IMG/VR virus record: IMGVR_UViG_3300050343_000107
Location: 1-34,648 of that record
Length of the DNA: 34,648 bases
DNA from: a virus
Lineage: Duplodnaviria; Caudoviricetes
Reading direction: 5' to 3' (one strand)
Part shown: piece by piece, positions 32,623 to 34,648 of the stretch
How the letters are laid out: each line of letters begins with the position of its first letter
Position numbering within the stretch: position 1 is the stretch's first letter
The notes under the pieces: generated by a model
The model's database searches: none
What the model was told of the DNA's origin: nothing
Seen by the model: the letters and a program-made list of their open reading frames with translations, nothing else
Made by a program: the position numbers and the translations under genes

Positions 32623-33261
32623 TCAGAAGTAGTTTGAAAAGAAATAAGTAACACCTTTAAATTCCAGTGTTGAATAGTCGTATCTTAAGTTACGTTCCCA
32701 ACTTGCTTCCCAATCGATAACAACCCAAGGCATATCAATGAATGTAGTGCATCCATACGCTTCAGCTTGTTCTTCTGCAAACTCAGCGCAAGCGTTATAA
32801 CTTTCTGTCTGATATTGCAAAGCATCTTCAAACTGTGATGCTGTGGTGATACCTAATGAGCTGAGTTCATCCATAAACTCACGACATTCTTCGGGTGTGT
32901 AGTTACTAAAGTCACCGCACATTTCTTGAATCTCATCAATTAACTCTTTATCTTGCTCTTCAAGTGATACGTGCCAATCATCATACTCTTTATCATCAGA
33001 GTCTATTTTTGGCATACCTTTAGCTTCCATTAATGCCATATAAAAATCAGTCCAACGTATTTTGCCGTCTTTCTCATATCCAGCCGCCTTAGCCATATCT
33101 GTTTTATTTGCTGGAATACCTTGCTTTTCATATGAAGCGTTTGCTTCATTGACAAATGTAAGTAAGTCGTCACCAGTAAATGGTAAAGAAGAGGGGAAAT
33201 GTTGTTTGATGTAATCATCACGCTCTTTACCAGTGAGCAACACTGTAGATTCAGAAGTCAT
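32623..33261 (-). CDS. Cyanobacterial AbrB-like N-terminal domain fused to acidic ArdA-like C-terminal domain
   Basis: TGDDLL...KTDMAKAAGY...WTDFYMALMEAKG (cyAbrB N-terminal pattern); EFAEE...IDWEASWERNLRYDY...GVTYFF (ArdA-like). Confidence 0.65.
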   Translation of the reverse strand: MTSESTVLLTGKERDDYIKQHFPSSLPFTGDDLLTFVNEANASYEKQGIPANKTDMAKAAGYEKDGKIRWTDFYMALMEAKGMPKIDSDDKEYDDWHVSLEEQDKELIDEIQEMCGDFSNYTPEECREFMDELSSLGITTASQFEDALQYQTESYNACAEFAEEQAEAYGCTTFIDMPWVVIDWEASWERNLRYDYSTLEFKGVTYFFSNYF

Positions 33262-33310
33262 AAGGGGAAAATGTTAGTGAGTTTGGTTGAGTGTGAATGT
33301 TAGTGCGTAC

Positions 33311-33577
33311 TTAAGCAAACGCTGCGAGATGCTCACAGCTGCCGAAGGTTGCACACTTAGCGTCGCAATACAGTAGGTTATGATTAACCCAGAAACCAAG
33401 TGAAATGTTGTCTTGAATCAAGAGGTTTAGAATAGCTCGGCGTGAGACGTTAGTGTAAACATAGGCTTCTCCGTTGCTGTACTCAACGTAAACCTCAGCA
33501 TTGACTAAATCAGTGCTGATGTTGTTGACAGCTGCAGAAGGACGTTGAACGGTGTTGATAGCGAATGGATTGAACAT
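33311..33577 (-). CDS. KTSC-like domain protein
   Basis: SAAV...VYVEYSNGEAYVYTNVS...SLGFWVN; probable ATG at 33577. Confidence 0.6.
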   Translation of the reverse strand: MFNPFAINTVQRPSAAVNNISTDLVNAEVYVEYSNGEAYVYTNVSRRAILNLLIQDNISLGFWVNHNLLYCDAKCATFGSCEHLAAFA

Positions 33578-33618
33578 TAGTGGATAGATAGGATGAATAA
33601 ATAAAGAGTTAGTGAAGC

Positions 33619-33855
33619 TCAAGCAAGTTGAAGGTAATCAACTTCATTGTTAACGAGTGCTTCGCTTACCCACTTGCCAAGTGACTTAACACTGCCAAGT
33701 GTGAGTTGATAGATGCAATCACTGCAGACGTTGCTGTAGAGATAAGTCTTGCCACCGTTAAATGTGACTTTGACTTGATTGGTAGCCTCACTGATACCGA
33801 CTGACTCAACAGCTGAAGAGTTGTAGTCGTTAGCGTAGAGGAATGATGCTTGCAT
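33619..33855 (-). CDS. KTSC-like domain protein
   Basis: SSAVESVG...VKVTFNGGKTYLYSNV...SLGKWVS. Confidence 0.65.
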   Translation of the reverse strand: MQASFLYANDYNSSAVESVGISEATNQVKVTFNGGKTYLYSNVCSDCIYQLTLGSVKSLGKWVSEALVNNEVDYLQLA

Positions 33856-33939
33856 TGTGTGAGTGTGAGTATAGAATAGTGAGGTAATTAATACCTCAGA
33901 AAACCTTAGCTAAGGCTTAGTGAGATAATAGATTGTTCA

Positions 33940-34167
33940 TTAGTGGATAGAAGAAAGAAGAGGAGACATCTCATCATTGACATAAGTACCAAGCTCAACT
34001 TCATCGTAATACTCAGCATCATTCAGTAGTTCGTAATACTTACAGAGTGATTCAAAGATAGAGTCAGTTTCAAGCTCAGTCTCAAGATAGTCGTTGAGTT
34101 CTGTCGCAACGTAGTAAGGCTTTGTCAAATGGATTGGGTAGTGCTTGTTTGTTGATGCTGTAAGCAT
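33940..34167 (-). CDS. First early gene, small acidic protein
   Basis: MLTASTNKHYP...ELNDYLETELETDSIFE...DAEYYDEVELG; ATG at 34167 within track ORF 33940..34305. Confidence 0.55.
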   Translation of the reverse strand: MLTASTNKHYPIHLTKPYYVATELNDYLETELETDSIFESLCKYYELLNDAEYYDEVELGTYVNDEMSPLLSSIH

Positions 34168-34589
34168 AGCAGACTTGGAAGCGGTTTGGTTGGAAAGGTG
34201 GACAGCTTGTAGATTGTCCACAAGTGAGAGAGTGTTGCTGCTTCTCTCCCCTTGACTTAGTAAGTATGGCACAGCCTCAAGCGCTTTGGGTGGTTTGGTG
34301 TTCACCTTGTCAACTGTCCACTGATGGATAGGTTAAGAGTATTGAGCTGTTGTTAGTTAATAACTATTAGTACTGTTGTTAATATATTAGTGCTGCGTTG
34401 TCTATTATGTATGCGCTATGATGATTGTGAATACTTAACAGCGCTAATCTGTTGTGATACGATATCGTACCAGCTATAATTATTGATAAGAATTGTAACG
34501 CCGACAGATTGGTGTAGATTGAGTGAAAGACAGTGAGCCCAGTTTGCCCCGGTTGGGCATCATATAGCAGTGTTTTACACGCCACTAAC

Positions 34590-34648
34590 AGTCGCGTGCG
34601 GGCTAAAAGGGGGGGTATGGGGGTAAAACTGCGTCCCTGCCCCCACGT
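34590..34648. repeat. Probable terminal-repeat/genome-end sequence
   Basis: Non-coding G- and C-run sequence after an AT-rich spacer, upstream of the first early gene; second copy not in the window. Confidence 0.45.

Larger units (their letters stand above)
29020..34330. promoter_or_regulatory. Dispersed ~16-bp palindromic sites TRTYCAY-NN-RTGGAYA (about 9 copies)
   Basis: Copies starting at 29020, 29076, 29960, 30542, 32587, 33571, 33934, 34215 and 34315. Confidence 0.65.

Noticed and set aside
34270-34315. Sigma70 promoter from minus-strand TTGACA at 34308-34313
   Set aside because: No -10 hexamer at correct spacing; a nearby TG-c-CATACT is suggestive but too weak to call.
34590-34600. 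11-nt identity AGTCGCGTGCG between genome end and attP (29112-29122)
   Set aside because: Single 11-mer matches are expected by chance in 35 kb; no supporting context.

Overview
About 35 kb of a marine T7-like cyanopodovirus genome (Autographiviridae, P-SSP7-like gene order), encoded almost entirely on the minus strand. Read from 34648 downward, it contains: the probable genome end; small early genes (an acidic protein, two KTSC-like paralogs, an AbrB-like/ArdA-like fusion, a duplicated small ORF); a MarR-like regulator; a tyrosine integrase; a tRNA-Leu(TAA)-derived attP; RNA polymerase, SSB, endonuclease I, primase/helicase, DNA polymerase and exonuclease; an NblA-like gene, DUF3310, MazG-like and class I RNR alpha/beta genes; portal, scaffold, psbA and capsid; tail tubular A/B; three internal virion proteins; and tail fibres. 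Many conserved genes carry 1-2 nt indels, and at least one larger deletion joins the end of psbA to the middle of the capsid gene. Both are most likely long-read or consensus artefacts, so coordinates of frameshifted genes are reconstructed by eye. The most interesting signal is a roughly 16-bp palindrome (TRTYCAY-NN-RTGGAYA) seen about 9 times, and a direct 9-mer (TCACACTCA) seen 6 times. I noticed both only in the early/integrase/attP region, which suggests a candidate lysis-lysogeny control circuit. Also notable are a tail-fibre N-terminal domain inserted into tail tubular protein B and a SleB-like wall hydrolase fused to the gp15-like protein. All family calls are from motif recognition, not database searches.
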